Made by a program: the position numbers and the translations under genes. From Cylindrospermopsis raciborskii Cr2010 (GTDB taxonomy: Bacteria > Cyanobacteriota > Cyanobacteriia > Cyanobacteriales > Nostocaceae), in contig NZ_CP065936.1 of the NCBI RefSeq assembly GCF_003367075.2, positions 1,800,001 to 1,832,000 on the forward strand: a stretch of 32,000 bases of DNA, in the 5' to 3' direction. Positions 1 through 7,508 of this stretch are shown here, in pieces. The first letter of the stretch is position 1. Each line of letters begins with the position of its first letter. The notes below the pieces were generated by a model. That model was not told the DNA's origin. It saw nothing but the letters and a program-made list of their open reading frames with translations, and made no database searches.

Positions 1-405
1 GCACCAGCTCATTTAGATTATGGTAGTTTACAAATTGATTTAGTTCAACGCCGGGTACGTCTACAAGGGGAGTTTGTAGACTTAACACCTCAGGAGTTTA
101 GTTTACTTTATGTTTTAGCGCAAGCTGGTGGGTCACCCTTAAGTAGATCTGAGTTGCTACGTCGTGCTTGGCCAGATGCTATTGATAATCCCCGAACTAT
201 TGATACTCATGTTTTATCATTGCGGAAAAAGGTAGAACTGGATCCGCGCCAACCTAGTTTGATCCAAACCATTCGTAATGTGGGGTATAGATTTAACATG
301 GAAATTTTAAAGGCAACTGTTTCACCTGTTTTACCAGCTCAAACCAGGTTAACAAGGGAAAGATTTACTGATAATCGTGCTACTTTGGCTACTCAGAGGG
401 GTTGA
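1..405 (+). CDS. OmpR/PhoB-family response regulator, C-terminal winged-helix DNA-binding domain (5' end outside window)
   Basis: Frame 1 is open from base 1 to the TGA at 403-405. The translation ...LQGEFVDLTPQEFSLLYVLAQAGGSPLSRSELLRRAWPD...TIDTHVLSLRKKVE...IQTIRNVGYRF fits the Trans_reg_C pattern (LTxxEfxLL ... vdvHi..LRkKl ... TvrgvGYrf). It is followed by a roughly 35-aa non-conserved tail. Confidence 0.85.
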   Translation, partial: APAHLDYGSLQIDLVQRRVRLQGEFVDLTPQEFSLLYVLAQAGGSPLSRSELLRRAWPDAIDNPRTIDTHVLSLRKKVELDPRQPSLIQTIRNVGYRFNMEILKATVSPVLPAQTRLTRERFTDNRATLATQRG

Positions 406-413
406 GGTGTGCT

Positions 414-1202
414 TTACCATTCTTCTGCTGCTGTTATGAGACTAGTTTTTAGAGCATCCCATTCCACTTGTGAGCTTGCTAGGTTGGTAACAATTTGACC
501 TTGCTCAAGATGCAATAAACGATTACTAAACTCTTGGAAAATGTTAATTTGATAAGTGACCATCAAAACTGCGGTTTTTACATCTGGGCAAAGGTCAGAA
601 ATCCCTTCTATGATTCTTTCTAGCAACCAGGAAGTCTCAACTGGGTCTAGAGCGGAAATGGGTTGGTCTAACAACAGAATTTTGGGCCGGGTGACAAGAG
701 CGCGCACCAGGGCTACTAATTGCTGCTGACCCAGGGAAAGCTGTAATTCTGTCATTCCCATCCAAGTTTGAGGAATTTTTAGTCGCTCTCTCCAATATCC
801 AATTCTTTCTTCAATTTCTCCCTGAGATATATTTCTTAACAATAAAGGATATGCTAGGGATTCCCTAACTGTCATCCCCAATAGTTTAGGTTCTTGTGCT
901 ACAAGAACTACCTGTCGACGCAGTTCTACTATGGGAATTCCAGGGTATTCTTGGTTATTTAAGTAAATCTTACCACTACTAGGATCCTCTAGTCGGTTTA
1001 GTAGTCTCAGCAGTGATGTTTTTCCAGATCCCGATTTACCTACGACTATTGTGCGATCGCCTGGAAAGATTTCCCAGGAGATATTTTGCAAGATTGGATA
1101 CCCCATCATGTTTTTGGGCGATGGGGCTTTCAATTTTGCCCATAAACTAACTTGCTCCAGTTTGAGCAGGGGTGATAATTTTTCGGGAGCATCTTCAAGC
1201 AT
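414..1202 (-). CDS. ABC-transporter ATP-binding protein with degenerate catalytic motifs
   Basis: 262-aa ORF. Walker A is GKSGSGKTS, the Q-loop is VAQEP and the D-loop is SALD. The signature is LSLGQ instead of LSGGQ. Walker B is ILLLDQP (Gln codon CAA at 663-665 where Glu is expected). The H-loop is VTYQ (Tyr codon TAT at 552-554 where His is expected). Confidence 0.85.
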   Translation of the reverse strand: MLEDAPEKLSPLLKLEQVSLWAKLKAPSPKNMMGYPILQNISWEIFPGDRTIVVGKSGSGKTSLLRLLNRLEDPSSGKIYLNNQEYPGIPIVELRRQVVLVAQEPKLLGMTVRESLAYPLLLRNISQGEIEERIGYWRERLKIPQTWMGMTELQLSLGQQQLVALVRALVTRPKILLLDQPISALDPVETSWLLERIIEGISDLCPDVKTAVLMVTYQINIFQEFSNRLLHLEQGQIVTNLASSQVEWDALKTSLITAAEEW

Positions 1203-1212
1203 TAAATCAAGG

Positions 1213-1752
1213 TTAAATCATAGAATTAGCTATATTAATAGTCCAAGCATCTACTAATAATAGGATAATAGTACAAATCAATAAGATTAAATACATCCAG
1301 GGTTGGGATAGGGGACGGACATCAGTGGTGTCCATACCTGTTTTTAACTGAACAAACTTCACTAGACGGTTGAATCCAGCAACGCGCATGGGTAACAAAT
1401 AAGCTTTACCCTCATCCGTGAGGAAATAGTAAACCAAACCTCCCTGTCCTGTGGTGCGACATTTGAGACTTTTAATTTCAGACCAGGGTAAAGACCAGTC
1501 TTGACGTAACAGTTTAGGAACCCAAACAGGATAGGTGACTTGAATTTCTTGTTCATTGACAATTACTCTTTGAGTGAGGACTGCATATAATGCCACCAAT
1601 CCAATTATTATCCCTAACCATAATAGTAGTGGTGTGACAGGTGCTTGTGTAACTTCCGCTAAAAATGGTAAAGGTAGTGTTAAGGCTATATAGAGTGTTA
1701 GAAGAGTAATCCTAATCAACGGAGAAAGGAAAAACGTGGTGCTTTCAGTCAT
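1213..1752 (-). CDS. Small integral membrane protein (two N-terminal TM helices, soluble beta-rich middle domain possibly bacterial-PH-like, C-terminal TM)
   Basis: The ORF is open over 1213-1851. I prefer the internal ATG at 1752 (MTESTTFFLSPLIRITLLTLYIALTLPLPFL...), because the 33 upstream residues are Cys/Trp/Phe/Arg-rich and look non-coding. The stop lies 10 nt before the ABC ATPase start on the same strand. The domain assignment is a guess. Confidence 0.6.
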   Translation of the reverse strand: MTESTTFFLSPLIRITLLTLYIALTLPLPFLAEVTQAPVTPLLLWLGIIIGLVALYAVLTQRVIVNEQEIQVTYPVWVPKLLRQDWSLPWSEIKSLKCRTTGQGGLVYYFLTDEGKAYLLPMRVAGFNRLVKFVQLKTGMDTTDVRPLSQPWMYLILLICTIILLLVDAWTINIANSMI

Positions 1753-1974
1753 AGACTTTCTAGGACAGAATCCAGATGTGGGATTGAGAGGGGTATTATA
1801 TCTTATCATAAATCTAAAAAACCAGTGGCAAAACCGGAAGGAACCTTCCAATTTTCGATAGAAATAATGCAGAAAATTCCAGTTGGTAGTCCCAGTTACA
1901 GCAATTGGGGATCATTGAGTGCTAAAGTTAAATATGTAATGTAAAATTGCGGCGTAATAAGCTCCTCAGCAGTT

Positions 1975-2376
1975 ATGGCTCAAATATTAGATTCTCTACC
2001 ACCAGAGCAATCGGGGAAAATCCTCTGCTGCTACATCAATGCTACGAGTAAAATCCAGGTAGCTCGTATCTCTAACGTTCCTAATTGGTATTTTGAAAGA
2101 GTTATCTTTCCCGGACAGCGACTTGTATTTGAAGCTCCTAAATATGCTCAAATGGAAATTCATACGGGAATGATGGCTAGTGCAATTCTCTCCGATACTA
2201 TACCCTGCGATCGCCTAAGATTGACAGAAACAGATGAAGATGAGAATGATGGAAACCAGACACTAGCAGTAGATGTTGATAACAATCGTGATATTTCTAG
2301 CGAAATTCATAAACAATTCGCATTGTTAGAAGCAAGAACACTTGCGAGTTATTCAACCTCCTACAGTAAGGATTAA
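1975..2376 (+). CDS. Cyanobacterial conserved hypothetical protein (DUF1830-like) with an acidic C-terminal extension
   Basis: 133-aa ORF. The N-terminal segment ILCCYINATSKIQVARISNVPNWYFERVIFPGQRLVFEAP resembles, from memory, the conserved core of the cyanobacterial DUF1830 family. Not verified by search. Confidence 0.55.
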   Translation: MAQILDSLPPEQSGKILCCYINATSKIQVARISNVPNWYFERVIFPGQRLVFEAPKYAQMEIHTGMMASAILSDTIPCDRLRLTETDEDENDGNQTLAVDVDNNRDISSEIHKQFALLEARTLASYSTSYSKD

Positions 2377-2497
2377 AGATTATTCTGCAACTACTCCAAT
2401 TGACTCAATCATGACTGAGCATGTGAATTAAACAGTTGTGCTTTTTTAACCCCCGATTAATATGTTGTGATTAGAAAAAAATATCCTTGTTAACCAC

Positions 2498-2525
2498 AAA
2501 GGTGCTAATTTCAGCACCTTTTTTA
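2498..2525 (+). terminator. Rho-independent terminator-like hairpin
   Basis: GGTGCT (2501-2506), loop AATTTC, AGCACC (2513-2518), followed by TTTTTT (2519-2524). It lies about 125 nt after the stop of the 1975-2376 gene. Confidence 0.5.
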
Positions 2526-2612
2526 TGGAAATACACACCAAATGTTAGGATAATCGAGATTGAAACCGTAAGAAAACCATAAACTACTAAATTTTACTCA
2601 ACAAGACTTAAT

Positions 2613-3071
2613 ATGCACCTACCTTCTTTTTTATGGCTATGGAGAATAGCTGCCTGGTCTATGGGTCTAGCCATTTTCGTCTATACTATTCTAGCTATTA
2701 CAGCTTACTGGTTATGGCAAGTCAGAACTAATGGTAGATCTCCCTTAGGCCTAGTTGTGCCAAAAGTCAATAATTTGGTAAAAGCCTTTCATTATCTTCT
2801 TGGTATTACCCTAATATTTTTAGTATTATTACTGTTATTAATTGGTATAGTTGGTACATTAGGGCATTTTGGATCCCTAGGGCATTCTTCCCATTTATTT
2901 GCTGGATTAACCGTAGTCATACTAGTTCTGACTTCCGCTCTTAGTGCTACTCAAATTAGTCAGGGCAAATTTTGGGCCAGACCCTTACACATCACCCTCA
3001 ATGCAATTTTGTTTTTCGGTTTTGCTTGGGTCTGTCTCACAGGTTGGAATGTGGTTCAAAAGTATTTATAA
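2613..3071 (+). CDS. Integral membrane protein, four predicted TM helices (DUF4079-like)
   Basis: 152-aa ORF with four long hydrophobic stretches and a His-rich loop (GHFGSLGHSSH). The family name is recalled, not searched. Confidence 0.6.
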   Translation: MHLPSFLWLWRIAAWSMGLAIFVYTILAITAYWLWQVRTNGRSPLGLVVPKVNNLVKAFHYLLGITLIFLVLLLLLIGIVGTLGHFGSLGHSSHLFAGLTVVILVLTSALSATQISQGKFWARPLHITLNAILFFGFAWVCLTGWNVVQKYL

Positions 3072-3122
3072 TAGTAGATGAATTGAGTTTTTAACCTCAA
3101 AAATCCCCGATAACTTGGCAAG

Positions 3123-4718
3123 ATGGCAGTTAAAACAACCATGATGGCAAACCGAATACTCTATGTTCGTCTTCCCTGTAACCCCATCTTTCCTATTGGG
3201 GTAGTTTACCTTTGTGATCATGTTCACAAACAATTCCCTGACATTGAACAAAGAATTTTTGACCTGGGAACAGTTCCACCCCTGGACTATGATGCTGCGC
3301 TGGATAGATGTATAGACGAATTTCAACCCACACTATTAGTTTTTTCTTGGCGAGATATTCAAATATATGCTCCCGTGGGTGGTAGAGGTGGGAACCCTTT
3401 ACAAAACGCCTTTGAATTTTACTACGCTAAAAACCCCCTAATCAAACTCAGGGGGGCTTTGGGTGGGTTGCGCATCTTCATTGCCTATTATTTAGAACTG
3501 TGGCGAAACCTGGGTTTAATCCGGGGTGGGATGAAACGCGCCAAAAAATACCAGGCTCAAGCACGTGCAGTGGTTGGTGGTGGAGCAGTGAGTGTATTTT
3601 ATGAACAGTTGGGAAAAAGTTTACCCAAAGGAACAATTGTTTCCGTGGGGGAAGGAGAAACCTTACTGACTAAATATCTTAAAGGAGAAGAATTCCGTGA
3701 TGAACGCTGTTATGTGGTAGGGCAAAATGCTCCCCGTCAACGGTTAATTCACGAACAACCAACCCCCTTAGAAAAAACCGCTTGTAACTACGACTATATC
3801 GAGACCGTTTGGCCGGAATTCAACTATTATTTACAGGACAAAGATTTTTATATTGGAGTACAAACCAAGCGTGGTTGTCCCCATAACTGTTGCTACTGCG
3901 TATACACTGTAGTAGAAGGTAAACAAGTTCGTATTAACCCTGCTGATGAAGTGGTAGCTGAAATTAGACAGTTATATGAACGTGGGGTTCGTAACTTCTG
4001 GTTTACTGATGCTCAATTTATCCCTGCTCGTAAGTATATTGATGATGCCATAGAACTATTAGGGAAAATAGTTGATTCTGGTATGACGGATATCCATTGG
4101 GCCGCCTATATTAGAGCAGACAACTTAACACCTGAACTGTGTCAGTTGATGGCTAAAACTGGCATGAATTACTTTGAAATTGGTATTACTAGCGGTTCTC
4201 AGGAACTTGTACGCAAAATGCGTATGGGTTATAACTTGCGCACGGTTTTACAAAACTGCCGAGATCTAAAATCAGCGGGTTTTAATGATTTAGTTTCCGT
4301 CAACTACTCTTTCAATGTTATTGATGAAAGTTTTGAAACCATTCGTCAAACTATTGCCTATCATCGAGAGCTAGAAAGAATATTTGGCAGTGATAAGGTG
4401 GAACCGGCAATTTTCTTTATTGGATTGCAACCCCATACCCATCTAGAAGAATATGCGTTTAAAACTGGTGTCCTCAAACCAGGTTATAATCCTATGAGTT
4501 TAATGCCATGGACAGCTAAAAAACTTCTGTGGAACCCAGAACCACTAGGTTCCTTTTTTGGAGAAGTATGTTTACAGGCCTGGCGTCGTAATCCTAACGA
4601 TTTCGGAAGAGAGGTAATGAACATCTTAGAAGAACAGTTAGGTTGTGCTGACTTGGAATCAGCATTGACAGCTCCCATGGAAAGGAATCAGCCACAACAT
4701 TTGACTAGTGTATCTTAA
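3123..4718 (+). CDS. B12-binding-domain-type radical SAM protein, possibly the cyanobacterial 'PSII high-light acclimation' radical SAM family (Slr0320-like)
   Basis: 531-aa ORF with the CxxxCxxC cluster in KRGCPHNCCYCVY and an N-terminal Rossmann-like region (ILYVRLPCNPIFPIGVVYL). The family assignment is from memory of cyanobacterial annotations. The start could instead be the downstream Met pair (MMANR). Confidence 0.8.
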   Translation: MAVKTTMMANRILYVRLPCNPIFPIGVVYLCDHVHKQFPDIEQRIFDLGTVPPLDYDAALDRCIDEFQPTLLVFSWRDIQIYAPVGGRGGNPLQNAFEFYYAKNPLIKLRGALGGLRIFIAYYLELWRNLGLIRGGMKRAKKYQAQARAVVGGGAVSVFYEQLGKSLPKGTIVSVGEGETLLTKYLKGEEFRDERCYVVGQNAPRQRLIHEQPTPLEKTACNYDYIETVWPEFNYYLQDKDFYIGVQTKRGCPHNCCYCVYTVVEGKQVRINPADEVVAEIRQLYERGVRNFWFTDAQFIPARKYIDDAIELLGKIVDSGMTDIHWAAYIRADNLTPELCQLMAKTGMNYFEIGITSGSQELVRKMRMGYNLRTVLQNCRDLKSAGFNDLVSVNYSFNVIDESFETIRQTIAYHRELERIFGSDKVEPAIFFIGLQPHTHLEEYAFKTGVLKPGYNPMSLMPWTAKKLLWNPEPLGSFFGEVCLQAWRRNPNDFGREVMNILEEQLGCADLESALTAPMERNQPQHLTSVS

Positions 4719-4744
4719 AATCATTATCCCACCCCCCTCCTCTC

Positions 4745-6025
4745 ATGTTAAAAGGTTCTATTCTCCAACAACTAGAAACCGTTTGTCGCCATAGTAACCG
4801 ATCTATTCGCTATGGAGTGTATTATAAAAATACCTTGGTCTCTCTCTGTCACGCACTGGAAGACCATATTCTAGACAAGAGAGAGCAACCTATAGTAATT
4901 ACTTGTTTTCAGCGCGGTAAATGGTATTTGCAAGAAGCCGATAGATACAGGGATATAGCTGCATGTAGTCAAGACGTCGTAATTATGGCTACTGATGATG
5001 CGGGTTTTGCAGCACATTCCACCAGTCAACTGCCAAACGTCAATTTGGTGGAGTTGAACACCACAGATCCCTTATCTCAAGAATGGCATTTAATTATTTT
5101 GGCCCCTAGCTACGCATCAATGGTTATTTGTCAAGAATTATCGGATGCGGATTATGGCATGCAGGGTTTGCCAACTTCTGACCTAGAAAGAAAGTTTTAT
5201 GGAATGTGGACCTTTGAGCCAGATTTAGTCCTCAAAACTACAGAACTGGCGATCGCCCATATAGAAAATTACAATCAGGAATTGGCACACAAGCTCAATA
5301 GCCATAAACAGATAATTGAGACGCAAATGGCTTCTTCTGAGGAGGTTGAGGTAATTGTATCTCGTGTCATTGAGTACCTAAAGAGTAGTGAAAACACTGT
5401 TACATCTGCCACGGGGAAAAACTCCCTCAGTCGTAACTTAGTTTCTAATGAATTACAAGCTTTGTTACGAATGGCTGAATTGATAGAGATGAGAGATATT
5501 GAGAATCCCATGGCTGCGGTTCAGGTAGCAGGAATGGCAGAAGTTATGGCACAATTACTTGACCTTCCCCCATGGCAAATTAAAAGGTTACGTTTAGCCG
5601 CTTTACTCCATCGTATATATAACCTGAAACAAAATAAAACCAATGGGGAAGTGCAGGTGTTAGACAGGATGCCAGAATTGCAGGACATAGCTCAAATAAT
5701 TATCCATCAGAATGAGTGGTGGAATGGCAATGGTGTTCCGGAGGGGTTGTCGGGGGAAGAAATACCTTTAGAGTCCAGAATTCTAGCTTTACTGATGGAA
5801 TTTCAACGGGAGATTAACCAACAGCACAAAAATCCACAAAGTATGGAGGATATGTTTGCCCTCGCTTTGTCCAAATGTAAACAGCAAGAGCAGACTCGCT
5901 TTGACCCTGAACTAATAAATACCCTTAATTTATTAGTCCTAGGTTTACAACAGGGACTGGATCTACCTTGTATGACACCCAAATTTAGTAATAGTATGTG
6001 GTTAATTGATTCCCGACAGTCATGA
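4745..6025 (+). CDS. DICT sensory-domain protein with a C-terminal degenerate (probably inactive) HD-GYP-like domain
   Basis: 426-aa ORF. The N-terminus KNTLVSLCHALEDHIL...IVITCFQRGKWYLQEADRYRDIA...VVIMATDD fits the DICT pattern. In the C-terminus, AALLHRIY sits where HD-GYP proteins have LLHDIGK (His-Arg codons at 5609-5614), and HQNEWWNGNGVPEGLSGEEIPLESRILAL sits where they have HHErxDGsGYPxGLxGeeIPlxaRI (GVP at 5732-5740). Confidence 0.75.
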   Translation: MLKGSILQQLETVCRHSNRSIRYGVYYKNTLVSLCHALEDHILDKREQPIVITCFQRGKWYLQEADRYRDIAACSQDVVIMATDDAGFAAHSTSQLPNVNLVELNTTDPLSQEWHLIILAPSYASMVICQELSDADYGMQGLPTSDLERKFYGMWTFEPDLVLKTTELAIAHIENYNQELAHKLNSHKQIIETQMASSEEVEVIVSRVIEYLKSSENTVTSATGKNSLSRNLVSNELQALLRMAELIEMRDIENPMAAVQVAGMAEVMAQLLDLPPWQIKRLRLAALLHRIYNLKQNKTNGEVQVLDRMPELQDIAQIIIHQNEWWNGNGVPEGLSGEEIPLESRILALLMEFQREINQQHKNPQSMEDMFALALSKCKQQEQTRFDPELINTLNLLVLGLQQGLDLPCMTPKFSNSMWLIDSRQS

Positions 6026-6696
6026 TTCAACCAATCTCAAATCTAAGAGCCAAAATGAACATAGAAACTCTAAAATCAGAAAAAACTAAACAACTACCAG
6101 GAGCAAATTTAGAAGACCAGGATCTGTCTGAATTTGACCTAACTGCTGTGAATTTAGCGGGTGCTAATTTAATGGGCGCTCATTTAGTCAGTGCTAACCT
6201 GGAGGGATCACATCTTGAGGGAGCCAACTTAATAGGTGCAAGTTTGCAAGGAGCAGATTTGCGAGCAAACCTGCTAGGGGCTAATCTGATGCAAGCAGAT
6301 CTCACTGGTGCAGATCTGAGGGGAAGTAATTTACGAGGCGCAAATTTAATGGGTGCTACAGTTGCGGGAGCATCTTTAACCGCAGCTTTTCTCAGCGGTG
6401 CTAACCTGATGAGTGTTAACTTCCAGGGGGTTGACCTCCGGGGTGCTGATCTACGAGGTGCTAATCTTACCGGAGCAAACCTTAAAGGTGCTGATTTGAG
6501 TCGTGCAGACCTACAAGGAGCATTATTAAATCAAGCGAATCTAGAAGAGTCTGATTTAAGAGGAGCCAATCTAGCCGGAGCAAATTTGGCCGGAGCTAAT
6601 TTGCTTTGTGCTGAGCTAGAAGCAGCTAGCCTAAATGGAGCTAATTTATATCAAGCTTGTTTATTGGGTACAATTCTAGAAACTTATCATGATTAA
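6022..6696 (+). CDS. Pentapeptide-repeat protein (cytoplasmic type, no signal peptide)
   Basis: 224-aa ORF made almost entirely of A(D/N)LxG-type pentapeptides (ANLMGAHLVSANLEGSHLEGANLIGASLQGADL...). Its ATG overlaps the stop of the upstream gene (ATGA at 6022-6025). Confidence 0.9.
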   Translation: MIQPISNLRAKMNIETLKSEKTKQLPGANLEDQDLSEFDLTAVNLAGANLMGAHLVSANLEGSHLEGANLIGASLQGADLRANLLGANLMQADLTGADLRGSNLRGANLMGATVAGASLTAAFLSGANLMSVNFQGVDLRGADLRGANLTGANLKGADLSRADLQGALLNQANLEESDLRGANLAGANLAGANLLCAELEAASLNGANLYQACLLGTILETYHD

Positions 6697-6764
6697 CAAG
6701 TGTCAATAGAATTCCCCGGATTTATCGGGGGTTTCACCATTATATTAAAAACATAGGATAAGAT

Positions 6765-6848
6765 ATGAGTAACTTTGCGGAATGGTTGACCGTTTTTGCA
6801 TACTTGGGATTTGCCCTATTTATTATTTGGGCTATTTTTAAAAAATAG
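6765..6848 (+). CDS. Candidate 27-aa single-TM micro-protein (MSNFAEWLTVFAYLGFALFIIWAIFKK)
   Basis: ATG at 6765 and TAG at 6846-6848, found by hand because it is below the ORF-track cut-off. It has a hydrophobic core with a KK C-terminus and an AGGA 7 nt upstream. It shares the strand of, and sits between, two + strand genes. No homology evidence. Confidence 0.3.
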   Translation: MSNFAEWLTVFAYLGFALFIIWAIFKK

Positions 6849-6988
6849 AATTATTTATTGTTTGTTTTGATTATTTGGCAAGTTTTTAAAAACCAAAATA
6901 ACAGTCCTGATTCTGTTGTTTATCACTTGCTAAATGGGTTGTGCTACATATAAACTACTTCAAGAGATTCTTGGAAGGAAAAATAAAC

Positions 6989-7426
6989 ATGGCTCTGATT
7001 GATGGTCTAAAAAATGATGATAAAAGACAAATGCTGGTAGCTGATTGCATGAACCTATTGGAAACACGAGTTGCCAATATTGGAGGTATTTCTGGCATTG
7101 CTATTAAAGCTGGCTATGCTACTATTAAGGGAATAAGTCCCAAGTATTGTGCTGGGGCGGTTGAACGTCTTTTACCAGAGTCTTTTGCTGCACTTGAACC
7201 ATTATGGAATGAGGGATTAGAAGCGGGAGACGCGGTAACCCACCTCACCCAAAATCGCTCTCGTACAGCAGATGCGATATTTAGTGTTACTGATATTCGC
7301 ATTGAAAAAAGCACTAATTCCACCATCAAGGGTGTTTATGGCAAACTACGAGTACCAGTCAAAAAGCATGTGGAAGAAGTAGTACCTGATTTAGCCCAGA
7401 TTCTTGACAAGTACGCTAAAAATTAG
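6989..7426 (+). CDS. Conserved hypothetical soluble protein (145 aa)
   Basis: The ORF track starts at GTG 6941, but the ATG at 6989 is preceded by GGAAGGAA (6973-6980). The translation MALIDGLKNDDKRQMLVADCMNLLETRV... shows no motif I recognise. Confidence 0.6.
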   Translation: MALIDGLKNDDKRQMLVADCMNLLETRVANIGGISGIAIKAGYATIKGISPKYCAGAVERLLPESFAALEPLWNEGLEAGDAVTHLTQNRSRTADAIFSVTDIRIEKSTNSTIKGVYGKLRVPVKKHVEEVVPDLAQILDKYAKN

Positions 7427-7508
7427 AACTGGAGATTTTATAGGATGGGTTAGGGGTGGCGTAACCCAACCCACGTTCATCTTATATTTTTTAATTCCAA
7501 CCACCCAC

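Noticed and set aside
1753-1851. 33-codon N-terminal extension of the membrane-protein ORF (track start at 1851)
   Set aside because: The extension (MEGSFRFCHWFFRFMIRYNTPLNPTSGFCPRKS) is Cys/Trp/Phe/Arg-rich and atypical. The ATG at 1752 gives a normal N-terminus directly before TM1.
6100-6650. Highly periodic 15-nt DNA repetition that could be mistaken for a tandem-repeat or CRISPR-like array
   Set aside because: The periodicity is the coding signature of the pentapeptide repeats (A[N/D]LxG x n) in a single long ORF. There are no unique spacers between conserved repeats.
6989-7426. The 145-aa convergent neighbour of the nuclease as a NuiA homologue
   Set aside because: Its sequence does not resemble NuiA as I remember it, and it is not acidic (about 18 acidic versus 19 basic residues by my count). 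It is kept only as a positional hypothesis in the findings.
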